Sequence record: MT833282.1
Direction: 5' to 3' (one strand)
Source: Escherichia coli phage vB_EcoM_Shy
Length of the DNA: 64,000 nt
This document shows, piece by piece, positions 33,055 through 43,003 of this stretch. Under the pieces are notes generated by a model. The model worked only from the letters and a program-made list of their open reading frames with translations, was not told the DNA's origin and did no database searches. Position numbers and translations under genes: made by a program. Each line of letters starts with the position of its first letter. Position 1 is the first letter of the stretch.

Positions 33055-33570
33055 TTATTTAACCTCAAAAACTGGCTCAAGAGCCAATATAAAGTCTACA
33101 CAGTCATCTTCTTCATCCAGAATACCATCAAAGTTCTTAGGAACGAAGTCGAAGAGGCTCATAACAAAGCAGTCAGAAGTAACCCTAATAGTGCCTCCCA
33201 TATTCTCTACAGTCAACACTGTACGACTTTCTTTTACCTCTCGCAGAAGATTACTCACAAAGTCATCTAAGAAGTACTTCATCAGTGACTTAAAACCTTT
33301 AGGATAATCTGTACCAGAGTATGTTTCAATCTGAGGTACAAGCTTAACATTTATACTAGTCTTTGCTAAGAACGTGCTAGAGAACATACTATCAGGTAAC
33401 TTACAAACAGTCTTTCCAGTACCTTCATGTTCAATCTCAACAAAACCAGCTTCGTCGCCACATGTAACTATTTTAAAAGATGCTTCATTCTCATACTGTG
33501 AAGCCATAAACTTTTTAAGCATTTCCTTAAGGAAATCTGCATGAGCATCTTGTAAGTAGATATCAATCAT
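33055..33570 (-). CDS. hypothetical protein
   Basis: 171-aa ORF. Confidence 0.55.
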   Translation of the reverse strand: MIDIYLQDAHADFLKEMLKKFMASQYENEASFKIVTCGDEAGFVEIEHEGTGKTVCKLPDSMFSSTFLAKTSINVKLVPQIETYSGTDYPKGFKSLMKYFLDDFVSNLLREVKESRTVLTVENMGGTIRVTSDCFVMSLFDFVPKNFDGILDEEDDCVDFILALEPVFEVK

Positions 33571-33583
33571 AGTTAATCACCTA

Positions 33584-33943
33584 TTATGGGAACAGACACT
33601 TGATGTCATCATTTTTGAAAACGAAACTTGTGTAGTTGTGACCATCAACATCCAGCCAAACCGCCTGAACATCGACACCATCAAGATTGTGGTAAAGCTC
33701 TTTGATGAAGTGGTCTTTCACAATCTGGCTGCTAGTGGTTTCCAGCTTAATGTTTGAGATTGCTGAACCTACAGCCATATAACCCATGACACGTTTCTTC
33801 TCAGTATGCTTAATCTTACCATCTTTGTAAGCCATAATGAGATTGGAGAGAATCTTTACACCATAATACTTTTCAAGGTGAGTAGGTGCACCATAAAAGC
33901 CTAATGCGAAGTTTTCAGAGTGGATAATGTTTTCACGTTTCAT
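33584..33943 (-). CDS. hypothetical protein
   Basis: 119-aa ORF. Confidence 0.55.
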   Translation of the reverse strand: MKRENIIHSENFALGFYGAPTHLEKYYGVKILSNLIMAYKDGKIKHTEKKRVMGYMAVGSAISNIKLETTSSQIVKDHFIKELYHNLDGVDVQAVWLDVDGHNYTSFVFKNDDIKCLFP

Positions 33944-33944
33944 A

Positions 33945-34274
33945 TTAATCTGCCAACCTTAAATTAAAATTAACACCAAATTTTTCACATACTTCCAACA
34001 TAAACTCGAGAGAGACATTACCAGTGAGGTTGATTATGTTGGATACACGAGCCTGAGAGATACCACAAATTTTAGCAACTTGCTCTTGAGAAAGACCTCT
34101 GGATTTAATCTCTCTCTTAAAACGATGTGCAACGAAATCTCTCATTTCGTCTACATCCATTGGACAAATATAACTCTCCATTTCAGCTTCTCTGTCAGCC
34201 TCCCAATCATCTTGTGGAGCATAAGGGTCAAAAACCTCATTCATCTTTCTTCTTCCGTTTACGTGAAGTGTCAA
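33945..34274 (-). CDS. helix-turn-helix (XRE-like) DNA-binding protein
   Basis: HTH-like segment LSQEQVAKICGISQARVSNI. Confidence 0.6.
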   Translation of the reverse strand: MTLHVNGRRKMNEVFDPYAPQDDWEADREAEMESYICPMDVDEMRDFVAHRFKREIKSRGLSQEQVAKICGISQARVSNIINLTGNVSLEFMLEVCEKFGVNFNLRLAD

Positions 34275-34449
34275 TCAATGAATCTATGTTTGTAGCCCTA
34301 ACCTTTTCACGTTCATCGTTAAGATAATCATCAAGAGCCTTCTCAATCTGTGAATCATCTTGACAGATAACTGTAAAGACTGTAAAGCCGTCTGTATCAT
34401 CAATTATCTTACCATAACCGCTTCTGGGATGTAACTTTTTAAGAGCCAT
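34237..34449 (-). CDS. hypothetical small protein
   Basis: 70-aa ORF. Confidence 0.45.
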   Translation of the reverse strand: MALKKLHPRSGYGKIIDDTDGFTVFTVICQDDSQIEKALDDYLNDEREKVRATNIDSLIDTSRKRKKKDE

Positions 34450-34450
34450 A

Positions 34451-34834
34451 TCAAATACCTGTGCAGCTTCTGTTTTCTAAGAAATACTCAACACCATACA
34501 TAGCTTTTTGCATCAAATCTTCTTTAAACTGAATACGATGATTAAGCATAGCCTGTACATCAATATCATCATGGTGCTTTTCTTTAATATTTGCAGATTG
34601 CAGGAAATACTCTCCAAGAACACGATACTGATAGTCAGTTACCTTGTCAGTCATCTCTGTTAAAGACTCTTCAGAGATTGGTTTAAGTAACTCACCATTA
34701 GCCAAAGCAACACCTTTAACAATCTGACAAGTGTCTTCTGGAACACCTGATAAGTCCACATTTGGAAGTTCTGTTGCATTGACTGGTAAATTCATTGCCA
34801 TAACCATTGCAGCAGCTAGTAAAATCTTTTTCAT
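34451..34834 (-). CDS. secreted/periplasmic hypothetical protein
   Basis: N-terminal signal peptide MKKILLAAAMVMAMNLPVNA. Confidence 0.6.
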   Translation of the reverse strand: MKKILLAAAMVMAMNLPVNATELPNVDLSGVPEDTCQIVKGVALANGELLKPISEESLTEMTDKVTDYQYRVLGEYFLQSANIKEKHHDDIDVQAMLNHRIQFKEDLMQKAMYGVEYFLENRSCTGI

Positions 34835-35021
34835 AATGACCTCAAAGTTATATTAAATTTTGTATTACATTGAGTATAAAAATAAGCTATAACACCTGAC
34901 TTGTCAACAGATTTTATAGCTTATTTGGCAGATTTTTTATAAGGCTACTGCCATCCTTCCATACCAAACCCTACCGAACAGAACCATGCTTTGCCATACT
35001 GGACAACACCTGACCAGACAT

Positions 35022-35085
35022 CACTTAAAAACCCTTTTCAAAGACTCTTAAGTGATGTAATCGAATTTTAATGTAGCTCCGATTA
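35022..35085. repeat. module A1: hairpin H1 (35022-35054) plus hairpin H2 (35058-35085)
   Basis: H1 stem cacttaa/ttaagtg, loop aaacccttttcaaagactc; H2 stem taatcg/cgatta, loop aattttaatgtagctc; then actacccatacc. Confidence 0.55.
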
Positions 35086-35100
35086 ACTACCCATACCTTG

Positions 35101-35180
35101 CATTACTTCACCAAACCGTACATTACTTCACCAAACCATACATTACCAGACCATGCCACACCTGTCCAAACTCAACCTCA
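35101..35180. repeat. tandem pentanucleotide array (ACCNN on plus strand) organised as 20-bp iterons
   Basis: 16 consecutive pentamers in phase; cattacttcaccaaacc(g/a)ta repeated twice exactly, then two degenerate copies. Confidence 0.7.
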
Positions 35181-35242
35181 TTAAAAGACCCTCTTTAAAG
35201 ACCTTTTAATAAGGTAAGTCTCATTTTAATGTAGCTGAGACT
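35180..35242. repeat. module A2: hairpin H1 (35180-35210) plus hairpin H2 (35217-35242)
   Basis: H1 stem attaaaag/cttttaat, loop accctctttaaagac; H2 stem agtctca/tgagact, loop ttttaatgtagc; near-identical copy at 36572-36634. Confidence 0.6.
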
Positions 35243-35244
35243 AA

Positions 35245-35310
35245 CTACCCATACCAGACCCTACCTTACCAAACCAGACCTCACCCTACCCCACCATACC
35301 GTATACTACC
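35245..35310. repeat. tandem pentanucleotide array (CNNAC/ACCNN)
   Basis: about 13 phased pentamers: catac cagac cctac cttac caaac cagac ctcac cctac cccac catac. Confidence 0.65.
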
Positions 35311-35339
35311 TCATTAAAAGACCCTGTTTAAAGACCTTT

Positions 35340-35366
35340 TAAAAAGGAGCCTCCGAAGAGGCTACC
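35340..35366 (-). terminator. rho-independent terminator for minus-strand gene 35375-35815
   Basis: minus strand reads agcctc-ttcg-gaggct followed by cctttttaaaa. Confidence 0.5.
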
Positions 35367-35374
35367 CAGTCAAC

Positions 35375-35815
35375 TTAGAAAGGTTTTCTGCGTTGCTTGT
35401 TAATGTTAGCTTTCATAGCAGCTAAATGGTTTTGCTGTTCAATCAGTCGTGAACGTTCTTGATGGCTAAGTGCCATAGTGTTCACATTCTCAATCGCTTG
35501 AGTAGCTTGCTTTAAAGCACGACCAATCTTACCAGACATTTTACGTTTTGCAATAGTTGCTTGATGCTTAGGTTCGACAACACGATAACCAACACCCATT
35601 GAAGCAACCAGATAAATCTTCTCTTCTTTAAGAAGCTTCTCAATAAACTTCTCAAGTCGGTTTAGACGTGTAAGTGCATAAGCCTTCATTTCATCTTCGT
35701 ACTTAACAATGTCGCCTTGATAAGTTGGCTTCACAATACCTAAGAAGGTGTCCATCTCAGAATGTGATACAGTGTCACCGTAACTAAACTTTGCTGCTAA
35801 TGCTTTTGTATTCAT
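35375..35815 (-). CDS. hypothetical protein (cassette gene 2)
   Basis: 146-aa ORF, basic C-terminus; flanked by repeat regions. Confidence 0.55.
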   Translation of the reverse strand: MNTKALAAKFSYGDTVSHSEMDTFLGIVKPTYQGDIVKYEDEMKAYALTRLNRLEKFIEKLLKEEKIYLVASMGVGYRVVEPKHQATIAKRKMSGKIGRALKQATQAIENVNTMALSHQERSRLIEQQNHLAAMKANINKQRRKPF

Positions 35816-35817
35816 AA

Positions 35818-36423
<606 letters not shown>

Positions 36424-36480
36424 TTAGTTGATTGTTAAGTTGTTTGTAAAGAACCCTCAACAGAAGACTCTTTAGAAACT

Positions 36481-36508
36481 TGGTAGATTTTTAACGTGGC
36501 TACTACCA
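36481..36508. repeat. module B0: hairpin H2 variant
   Basis: stem tggtag/ctacca with loop atttttaacgtggcta (compare aattttaatgtagctc at 35064-35079), followed by tccacccatacc. Confidence 0.55.
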
Positions 36509-36520
36509 TCCACCCATACC

Positions 36521-36569
36521 GTGCCACACCACACCGGACTATACCATGCCCAACCCTACTACACCAGAC
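36521..36569. repeat. tandem pentanucleotide array (NNACC)
   Basis: gtgcc acacc acacc ggact atacc atgcc caacc ctact acacc agacc. Confidence 0.6.
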
Positions 36570-36571
36570 CT

Positions 36572-36634
36572 TATTAAAAAACCCTCTTAAAGACCTTTTA
36601 AAAAGGTAAGTCTCATTTTAATGTAGCTGAGACT
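36572..36634. repeat. module B1: hairpin H1 plus hairpin H2 (copy of A2)
   Basis: aaaaccctcttaaagaccttttaaaaaggtaagtctcattttaatgtagctgagact nearly identical to 35183-35242. Confidence 0.6.
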
Positions 36635-36647
36635 AACTACCCATACC

Positions 36648-36734
36648 TTACCGCACCGGACATTACCGGACCGCACATCACCGCACCAAACCAAACATCA
36701 CATTACCTGACCTCACCGCGCCTTACCATACCTC
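36648..36734. repeat. tandem pentanucleotide array (NNACC), about 17 units
   Basis: ttacc gcacc ggaca ttacc ggacc gcaca tcacc gcacc aaacc aaaca tcaca ttacc tgacc tcacc gcgcc ttacc atacc. Confidence 0.7.
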
Positions 36735-36766
36735 ACTTAAAAACCCTCTTAGAAGACCCTTAAGTG
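36734..36766. repeat. module B2: hairpin H1 variant
   Basis: stem cacttaa/ttaagtg with loop aaaccctcttagaagaccc (same stem as A1). Confidence 0.5.
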
Positions 36767-36794
36767 ATGCTGGTGAGTACCCGTTGGTTTATGC

Positions 36795-36822
36795 TGCTCA
36801 GTATACTCACCAAATTTTCTAT
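36795..36822 (-). promoter_or_regulatory. sigma70-type promoter on minus strand (TTGACA-16-TATACT)
   Basis: minus strand reads gttgacatagaaaatttggtgagtatact; would transcribe leftwards through region B into 36420. Confidence 0.45.
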
Positions 36823-36834
36823 GTCAACAACTTT

Positions 36835-37938
36835 TTATTCGTAGTCTCGAATAACTAACCCAACAGGGAACTGTAAAGAACCTTTACGAGTCATCTTCTG
36901 GAACTGAACCGTCAAAGGTTTCCCGATAAACTCTTCAGGATGTTCAGCAAGATACTGTTTCTTCTCATGAGTAGTCTTCCATGAGACATCTACAAAGACG
37001 TTAGGAAGAGTCTCTACAACGAACTTGCCATGACCACGCTTATCAGTCTTTACACCAGTCACTTTAAACTCTTCAGTGTGCATCTTCTTGTGCTTAATCA
37101 AGAAGTATGAACGGTGACAACACTCATAGAAGGAGTCTTCAGAGATTGAACGGTACATTGCACCTTCAAACTTAGCTTCAACCCACTTATCATGAGCTTC
37201 ATCAAACTCTTCCCAAGAATTTACACGACGAGACTTAACAGGGATAACTTTACAGCCATCTCTAAAGTCATTCAATGGTGAAGTCTCAATAATATCTCTA
37301 CGCTCAGGCCACGTCTTAGTACTGTCACAGATATCATACCAGTAAAACTTGAGCAAGTGTCTGTCAGGATTGTCTTCATTTTTAATCATAGAGACAATAT
37401 CTTCTAAGTCCCATCCATGAGCATAAATCTCACCATCAAACTCATCAACATCTTTGTGGAGCCTTAACATTGCCATAATGTCAGGTATTAGCTCAGTAGG
37501 GATTTTATAAACAGTATTCTCACGAGAGTATGCTGTAAATACACTACCAATGCTTAAGTGCCTTGAAATCCTACAACGGACACCATCAAGTTTCGGTTGA
37601 GCATCAGCAGGAAATTTCAAATACTTTGCATGGCTAACCTTTGCAGCATCATGAGCAAGCTGTACACCTACCTTCTCAGTGTTCTGTGCAGACTCTTTTG
37701 TGTAAGCATAACCTTTACGGTCAACCTGCTTTTTATACTTAGCAGCAACTTCAAAGAGAGCTTGCTGTTCAGCATTACGCTCATTCTTTTTACCGATGTT
37801 TTTAGGTTCTGCTGTATACTCTTCAAACATCATCTTGCCATTTTCTTTACCGTAGGTTGTAATAACTTTGTCACCTACAGCAACGCATGACCAGACGTTA
37901 AAAGAGCCGTCTTTATTTTGTTTGTACAGTATTGTCAT
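36835..37938 (-). CDS. ATP-dependent DNA ligase
   Basis: adenylation motif I KxDGxR (PKLDGVRCR); start trimmed to MTILYKQ with RBS agga. Confidence 0.75.
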   Translation of the reverse strand: MTILYKQNKDGSFNVWSCVAVGDKVITTYGKENGKMMFEEYTAEPKNIGKKNERNAEQQALFEVAAKYKKQVDRKGYAYTKESAQNTEKVGVQLAHDAAKVSHAKYLKFPADAQPKLDGVRCRISRHLSIGSVFTAYSRENTVYKIPTELIPDIMAMLRLHKDVDEFDGEIYAHGWDLEDIVSMIKNEDNPDRHLLKFYWYDICDSTKTWPERRDIIETSPLNDFRDGCKVIPVKSRRVNSWEEFDEAHDKWVEAKFEGAMYRSISEDSFYECCHRSYFLIKHKKMHTEEFKVTGVKTDKRGHGKFVVETLPNVFVDVSWKTTHEKKQYLAEHPEEFIGKPLTVQFQKMTRKGSLQFPVGLVIRDYE

Positions 37939-37939
37939 T

Positions 37940-38131
37940 TTATTCCTCTGAGTGATACCAAGTATTGCAAGCATTACATGCGTAAAGCTCTAAGTCATTT
38001 TTATCTGGTTTATGAAAACAGTTTGCTCCGCAGTGGCAACGAAACGGCTTTCCACCAACTGTCAGGATGAAGGATTGAACCTTTCCATCAGGAGTTCGTA
38101 CAGCATTTTTATGCTTATCTTCTTTACTCAT
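37940..38131 (-). CDS. small Cys-rich zinc-ribbon protein
   Basis: 63 aa; CHCGANC ... CNACN. Confidence 0.5.
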   Translation of the reverse strand: MSKEDKHKNAVRTPDGKVQSFILTVGGKPFRCHCGANCFHKPDKNDLELYACNACNTWYHSEE

Positions 38132-38291
38132 TTGTGCTCTTACCTTTGTCAGATTTCATATAGGACATGTTACTATTCCTTTTAATAAAATGTACAACGC
38201 ATTTTGGTGTATCTTTTGCATCTTTGATGTGCAACCTTTCGAAGCTGTGTACTGTGAAGATTGCATCTGTCATTGTTTGCTTAGTTTTCAT
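38124..38291 (-). CDS. hypothetical small protein (55 aa, below ORF-track cutoff)
   Basis: hand-translated MKTKQTMTDAIFTVHSFERLHIKDAKDTPKCVVHFIKRNSNMSYMKSDKGKSTNE; start/stop overlaps couple it to both neighbours. Confidence 0.35.
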   Translation of the reverse strand: MKTKQTMTDAIFTVHSFERLHIKDAKDTPKCVVHFIKRNSNMSYMKSDKGKSTNE

Positions 38292-38494
38292 TTTCTCTTA
38301 CCACCAATCTCTACGTCAATAACTTGAACATCACCAGCAACATCAAACTTATGAATGACACTTTCCACAGTGTAAGTCCAACCATCAATATGAACCAATT
38401 CACCTTCTCGTGGGACGATTGGGTTACGTTGAGCTACGGTTGTAGTGGAGTGAACAACATCATAACAGTAGATATAGTTTACTAAGGCTTCCAT
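38288..38494 (-). CDS. hypothetical small protein
   Basis: ORF-track ORF trimmed to MEALVNY start with RBS gagg, avoiding overlap with lipoprotein gene. Confidence 0.4.
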   Translation of the reverse strand: MEALVNYIYCYDVVHSTTTVAQRNPIVPREGELVHIDGWTYTVESVIHKFDVAGDVQVIDVEIGGKRK

Positions 38495-38504
38495 CTTGAA
38501 AACC

Positions 38505-38741
38505 TCACTCAATAACAGTAGTGTGTGATTGGCCATTTTTGCCATAGCTATAAGATGTTGTTGTTTGAGAATTTGGACATCTGACAACAACAATATCTCT
38601 GCTTATGGCATCACCATGTAACTTATAGACTTTGCAATCTTGCATCTCTGGTGGGAGGCTATAAGAAGCGTTTTTGTCCTCGTAAGAGGGATTACAGCCA
38701 GATAGAAAGATAACACTAAGCACAATTACTGCTTTCCACAT
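38505..38741 (-). CDS. putative lipoprotein
   Basis: signal peptide MWKAVIVLSVIFLSGC with lipobox L-S-G-C. Confidence 0.6.
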   Translation of the reverse strand: MWKAVIVLSVIFLSGCNPSYEDKNASYSLPPEMQDCKVYKLHGDAISRDIVVVRCPNSQTTTSYSYGKNGQSHTTVIE

Positions 38742-38927
38742 AATACTTCTCCTATTACTGTTCACGATGTTCTACTTCTCTGTACGTTCGTCGATAGTTT
38801 ATAATAAGCTGTGCTAACTCGTTGCTTTTAACATCTGAACGTAGAAGTTGCCAATCAAAACCTTTGCCGACTCTTCCATATAAACTAAAGAATTTTACTT
38901 TGCGTTTCATTTTGGTATCTCCAATAC

Positions 38928-39140
38928 TCAGATGTCAATGCTAATACGTTCACCTTTAAGGACTCCTGTACGGTCCCTTGCAATCTTACCGTCAACAATA
39001 AGAATATGCGCAGACCTTAAAGACTCACTATTAAAACCTTTTACGAACTTGCTGGGCATCACCACAATAAGCATCTCTTGAATCAGCTCTGGAGTATAGC
39101 AATTGTCGTGAAGTTGCTGAATAACGTCTGAAAGTGTCAT
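38928..39140 (-). CDS. hypothetical small protein, paralog of 39343-39561
   Basis: shares ...DGKIARDRTGVLKGERISID versus ...GGKIAKDKTGYLKGERVNIE. Confidence 0.5.
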   Translation of the reverse strand: MTLSDVIQQLHDNCYTPELIQEMLIVVMPSKFVKGFNSESLRSAHILIVDGKIARDRTGVLKGERISIDI

Positions 39141-39346
39141 TTTTGATGTCTCCAATACTCAATATCAATAAGTTCTTGTGCAATGCTTTTCAGATTACCT
39201 TTCAAGAAAACCTTCTCAGAACCTGAAAGAGATGAATTGTCAATTAGCCTGTTCATTCTCTCAAACAACTTCTGCTTACGATTCTTGATAGTTTCCTTTG
39301 AAGCACCTTTCATCATCGCTGCATGGGTTCTTCCACGGTGGCTCAT
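39137..39346 (-). CDS. hypothetical small basic protein
   Basis: 69-aa ORF between the two paralogs. Confidence 0.45.
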   Translation of the reverse strand: MSHRGRTHAAMMKGASKETIKNRKQKLFERMNRLIDNSSLSGSEKVFLKGNLKSIAQELIDIEYWRHQK

Positions 39347-39561
39347 AGTAAACTCTCAATATTTACACGCTCACCTTTTAAGTAGCCTGTCTTATCTTTT
39401 GCGATTTTACCTCCAGCAATAAAGATATCTACTCTACGTAGAACTTCAGGGTTTACCTTCAAATTCCTACAGCTACTACAAAGAACAATAAACATCCCTT
39501 CAATCTCTTTTTGAGAATAACCTGCACATTGCAACTGAACTTCAATCTCTGAAAGCGTCAT
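39343..39561 (-). CDS. hypothetical small protein, paralog of 38928-39140
   Basis: 72-aa ORF with conserved C-terminal motif. Confidence 0.5.
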   Translation of the reverse strand: MTLSEIEVQLQCAGYSQKEIEGMFIVLCSSCRNLKVNPEVLRRVDIFIAGGKIAKDKTGYLKGERVNIESLL

Positions 39562-39622
39562 GTGACCTCCTATACAAGATACAGTATAAGGTACTCTTCC
39601 ATGAGCACCTTGTCAATACTAA

Positions 39623-42322
39623 TTAGTGTACTTCAAGCCAGCTTTTACCAACCTTACCAGTACCTGTAACAAGTGTTTCTTTCTTAAGACCTAAGTTTTT
39701 AGAAGCTTGTCCATAATACCAGTCAGTAACTGCTTTCACATCTGCCGTCATACTCTCTGGACATTCCCAACTCGTCTCATCGTGATATGCGCAGAGCAAA
39801 CGAGCACCAATAGCTGGTTGACGACCATTTAACTTCATCAAACCTTCGTCAATCATACGACGACAAGCAAGGTTAATTGCCTCATTTTGAATCTGAGCCT
39901 CTGAACCCATCAAAAGATAGTTCAACAGTTTGTGTGGAGATTTACACCACAACCAAGCTCCAGCAACCCTTACAAAACCCCCTTTAGAGATTGCAGCAGT
40001 CTTACCAAACACCTCTTCAAGTGCCTTTTTAGTCGCTTTGTAGTCAGCTTCCAAGTCATCTAGCAGCTTCTTAATCTTAGGCAAACGGATAAAGTAAGTC
40101 TGTTTAGTCAGTGCACCTTCCTGAGTAGTTGCAGCTTTAATTGTCTTAGCAAACTTCTCATCACCTGCACCAAACAGTAGTGCATAGATACCATTCTTAG
40201 CTTTCTTACGACCCTTGCTAATCTCATGAAGAAGGTTCTCATCCTGAGTAGCTCGACAAGTCAAGATATCCTGCTCATCATTCAAGCTAAAGTAAATACT
40301 GTTCAGTGTGTGTGCATCAGTCCCTGAATAGACAACGTAAAGGTCATTCTCAGAGTCATAACGCAGATACTTGTCAACTTCTGGGTTAAGGTACTCATCA
40401 AAATGTTTGCAGTAATAGCGTCCATCTTCTTGACGAATAAACTCAATCTCTTCTTTACCTTGCGTTACCGCTTTGGTGAAGTCTTTGTCACCCATAAAGT
40501 TACAAAGGAGAACTAGCTGGGCTGAGTTCATGTCTACAGAGACAACGTTAGTACCTTCTTCACAAATCCACACTGCCCTCATTGGTTCCCCATAGACAGC
40601 AGCACCAGACGGTACGTTTACAATACCATATTGTGTCATACGTCCAGTTGAAGTACCAAACACCATTGCACCAGCACTAAGGCGACCATCAGGACGAATC
40701 TGGTTCAACCAACCTTTTTCATCATCCTTTGAGTTCTCAATAGTTCTGCGTCGGTGCATCAAAGTATAGTATTTAGCAATCTTCTGTCCAAGCTCACCTT
40801 CAATCGTATCATAAGATGATTCAGTAAGTTTTGGTGAAGTACGGATTAAGCAAGGCTCAAGCAAATCTGTGTACTTTTTCACAGACCAGTTATGCTCAAT
40901 GTACTGGACACCTTCGTGTTCAACATAACTCAAACCACATCGTTCAACCATCTCCTGCCACTTAGGATGCTTTGTAATCATCTTTTTGTTGTCTTTGAAA
41001 CGACAAACTTTGACAGGACGACCGTCAGAGTCTTTCTTGTAGTTCCAGTCATCTGGAATCCAACCAACTGATTTCAAGTAGTCTTTAACAACTGCTACCT
41101 GAGTCATACGAGAAACTTCGAACTCAATTGGTGTATATGGTGCATCAATCAAACCTGTGTAGCGACTTGACTCAAGCTCAAAGTGGTTAACGACATGGCT
41201 GTTATAGTACTTCACAGTTTTAACTGTTTTTACTGGCTTCCAGTCTTTGCACTTCTTACCAATCTTTGCATTCAACTCATTGCAAATTGCACGAGCATCC
41301 TTCATTGCTACAAAGCCTTCCTTGTACTCTTCACCAGTTACAGAGTTGGTTGGTGTATAGCAATTCCGCTTTTCAATGTTAAAAATCTTTGTAGTTGGCT
41401 TACCAAATGGCTTGATTTCGTATGTCTGCATTTCACCATTACGTACCTGCTGACGATACTTTGTCTTAGGGTACTTGGTAATTCTCTTCAGTCCATCTGC
41501 ATGACCGAATGCTTCAACATACTCATTCCAAGCTTTTGCAAATTCTTCTCCAGTGACTTTACCTTTGGTCTTAATAGTTGGTGGAAGGTGTGGTTCAACT
41601 TCTGAAGCAAGCTCATTAGTCAACTTGTCAAGTTCCTTTACATGGAACTCCATAAGCTCTTTATCAGCTTTCCAACCATTGATAGCCTGTTGACTCATCC
41701 AGAAAGATGTTTCTTTAGCTCGCATGTAGGTTTCATAAGTATCTACGCCACACTTCTTCAGCTTGAGGTATTCATTATCCAGTGCACGTTTAGTTTTGGC
41801 GTTAATACGGATATCTTCTACAACACGAGTGAAGATTTCTGCATTCCACACACCCCAATGTTCAATCTCTGGTTTACGGACACCAACACGAGCACCCCAT
41901 GCTGCCAATCCATGAGCACCTTTATAGCCCTTTGGAGTTGGTCTATCCATCCACTGAACACGAGACTGGATAAGAGAATCCTGAAAGAAATTACTCCACG
42001 GTTTACACTTTGGATTATCAAAGTTCCACAAATCAGGTGCAATGTGATTGAAAACCCACCAGTCATATCCTAGACCATTATGGATGCAAAGTCGTTTTGC
42101 CTTTAACGCAAACTCAACACCTTCACGCAAGCCACCCTTAATGTACTTGGTATACTTGTGACCGAGTATAGGCTCGTCTGTAAAGACCCATACAGGTGGC
42201 TCTTCATCGTCAGATTTATAATCTGCGAAAGCCATTACGTGCACTTTAGTGAACTCAAGGAGTAAACCATCAGTTTCTGTATCACCAACTAAATGTAAGT
42301 TTTTAAAATCTACGTTTTCCAT
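39623..42322 (-). CDS. DNA polymerase, family A, with N-terminal exonuclease region
   Basis: about 900 aa; Pol A motif C-like LLCAYHDE; N-terminal DTETDG acidic motif; start trimmed to MENVDF with RBS gagggag. Confidence 0.85.
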   Translation of the reverse strand: MENVDFKNLHLVGDTETDGLLLEFTKVHVMAFADYKSDDEEPPVWVFTDEPILGHKYTKYIKGGLREGVEFALKAKRLCIHNGLGYDWWVFNHIAPDLWNFDNPKCKPWSNFFQDSLIQSRVQWMDRPTPKGYKGAHGLAAWGARVGVRKPEIEHWGVWNAEIFTRVVEDIRINAKTKRALDNEYLKLKKCGVDTYETYMRAKETSFWMSQQAINGWKADKELMEFHVKELDKLTNELASEVEPHLPPTIKTKGKVTGEEFAKAWNEYVEAFGHADGLKRITKYPKTKYRQQVRNGEMQTYEIKPFGKPTTKIFNIEKRNCYTPTNSVTGEEYKEGFVAMKDARAICNELNAKIGKKCKDWKPVKTVKTVKYYNSHVVNHFELESSRYTGLIDAPYTPIEFEVSRMTQVAVVKDYLKSVGWIPDDWNYKKDSDGRPVKVCRFKDNKKMITKHPKWQEMVERCGLSYVEHEGVQYIEHNWSVKKYTDLLEPCLIRTSPKLTESSYDTIEGELGQKIAKYYTLMHRRRTIENSKDDEKGWLNQIRPDGRLSAGAMVFGTSTGRMTQYGIVNVPSGAAVYGEPMRAVWICEEGTNVVSVDMNSAQLVLLCNFMGDKDFTKAVTQGKEEIEFIRQEDGRYYCKHFDEYLNPEVDKYLRYDSENDLYVVYSGTDAHTLNSIYFSLNDEQDILTCRATQDENLLHEISKGRKKAKNGIYALLFGAGDEKFAKTIKAATTQEGALTKQTYFIRLPKIKKLLDDLEADYKATKKALEEVFGKTAAISKGGFVRVAGAWLWCKSPHKLLNYLLMGSEAQIQNEAINLACRRMIDEGLMKLNGRQPAIGARLLCAYHDETSWECPESMTADVKAVTDWYYGQASKNLGLKKETLVTGTGKVGKSWLEVH

Positions 42323-42579
42323 TTTTACTCCCTCTAAAATCATTAACCTCATACATTACTGCAAAAAATTATAAAAAGCAAGTTGACAATGTACTTGACA
42401 AGGTGTTAATCTTTGCGAAGTGGGTTTTTACTTAAAAGGTTACTTAACAGTTTAACTATACAGATACTTTAAAACTCTTAAAAGATTATTTAATAGCTTT
42501 TAAAAAGCTTTAAAGTATAACGTATAGAATACGTTAAGATAAAAGATTAAAACTTAATAGTTACTTAAAAGAGGCTTAC

Positions 42580-43002
42580 ATGCAGAAAATGTTTGTTCAC
42601 CCAGACATAGCTGACTTTGTTAGAGCTTTGCAGAAGTTGGAAGAACTTGACATTGCTGCTCAACGGGAATATGCTCACCATCACAGGAGAATGGTTGATA
42701 TACAACATGAAATAGAGTTGTCTGAAAACTATGAAGATGACTTAAAATGCTCTGTGTTTGAGCATATGAAAGATGTTGCTACAGCGAGACGTAAAGCTAA
42801 AGACACAGTTGCTTTACTAGATTCTCTTAAAAAGAGGTTGCAAAGTGGTACAGACCTGTGTAATCTAGCATCACTGATTAATGATGTTGAAACTTCTTGG
42901 GATAGACATTACTATCCACGTTCTGAAAAGACACTTGACTTTTCTTCATCAGAAAACTTAAAATGTTCTAGAAAGAAACTTAACCAACTGAGAGAGAAAT
43001 AA
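42580..43002 (+). CDS. hypothetical protein
   Basis: 140-aa ORF, first gene of the rightward operon. Confidence 0.55.
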   Translation: MQKMFVHPDIADFVRALQKLEELDIAAQREYAHHHRRMVDIQHEIELSENYEDDLKCSVFEHMKDVATARRKAKDTVALLDSLKKRLQSGTDLCNLASLINDVETSWDRHYYPRSEKTLDFSSSENLKCSRKKLNQLREK

Positions 43003-43003
43003 T

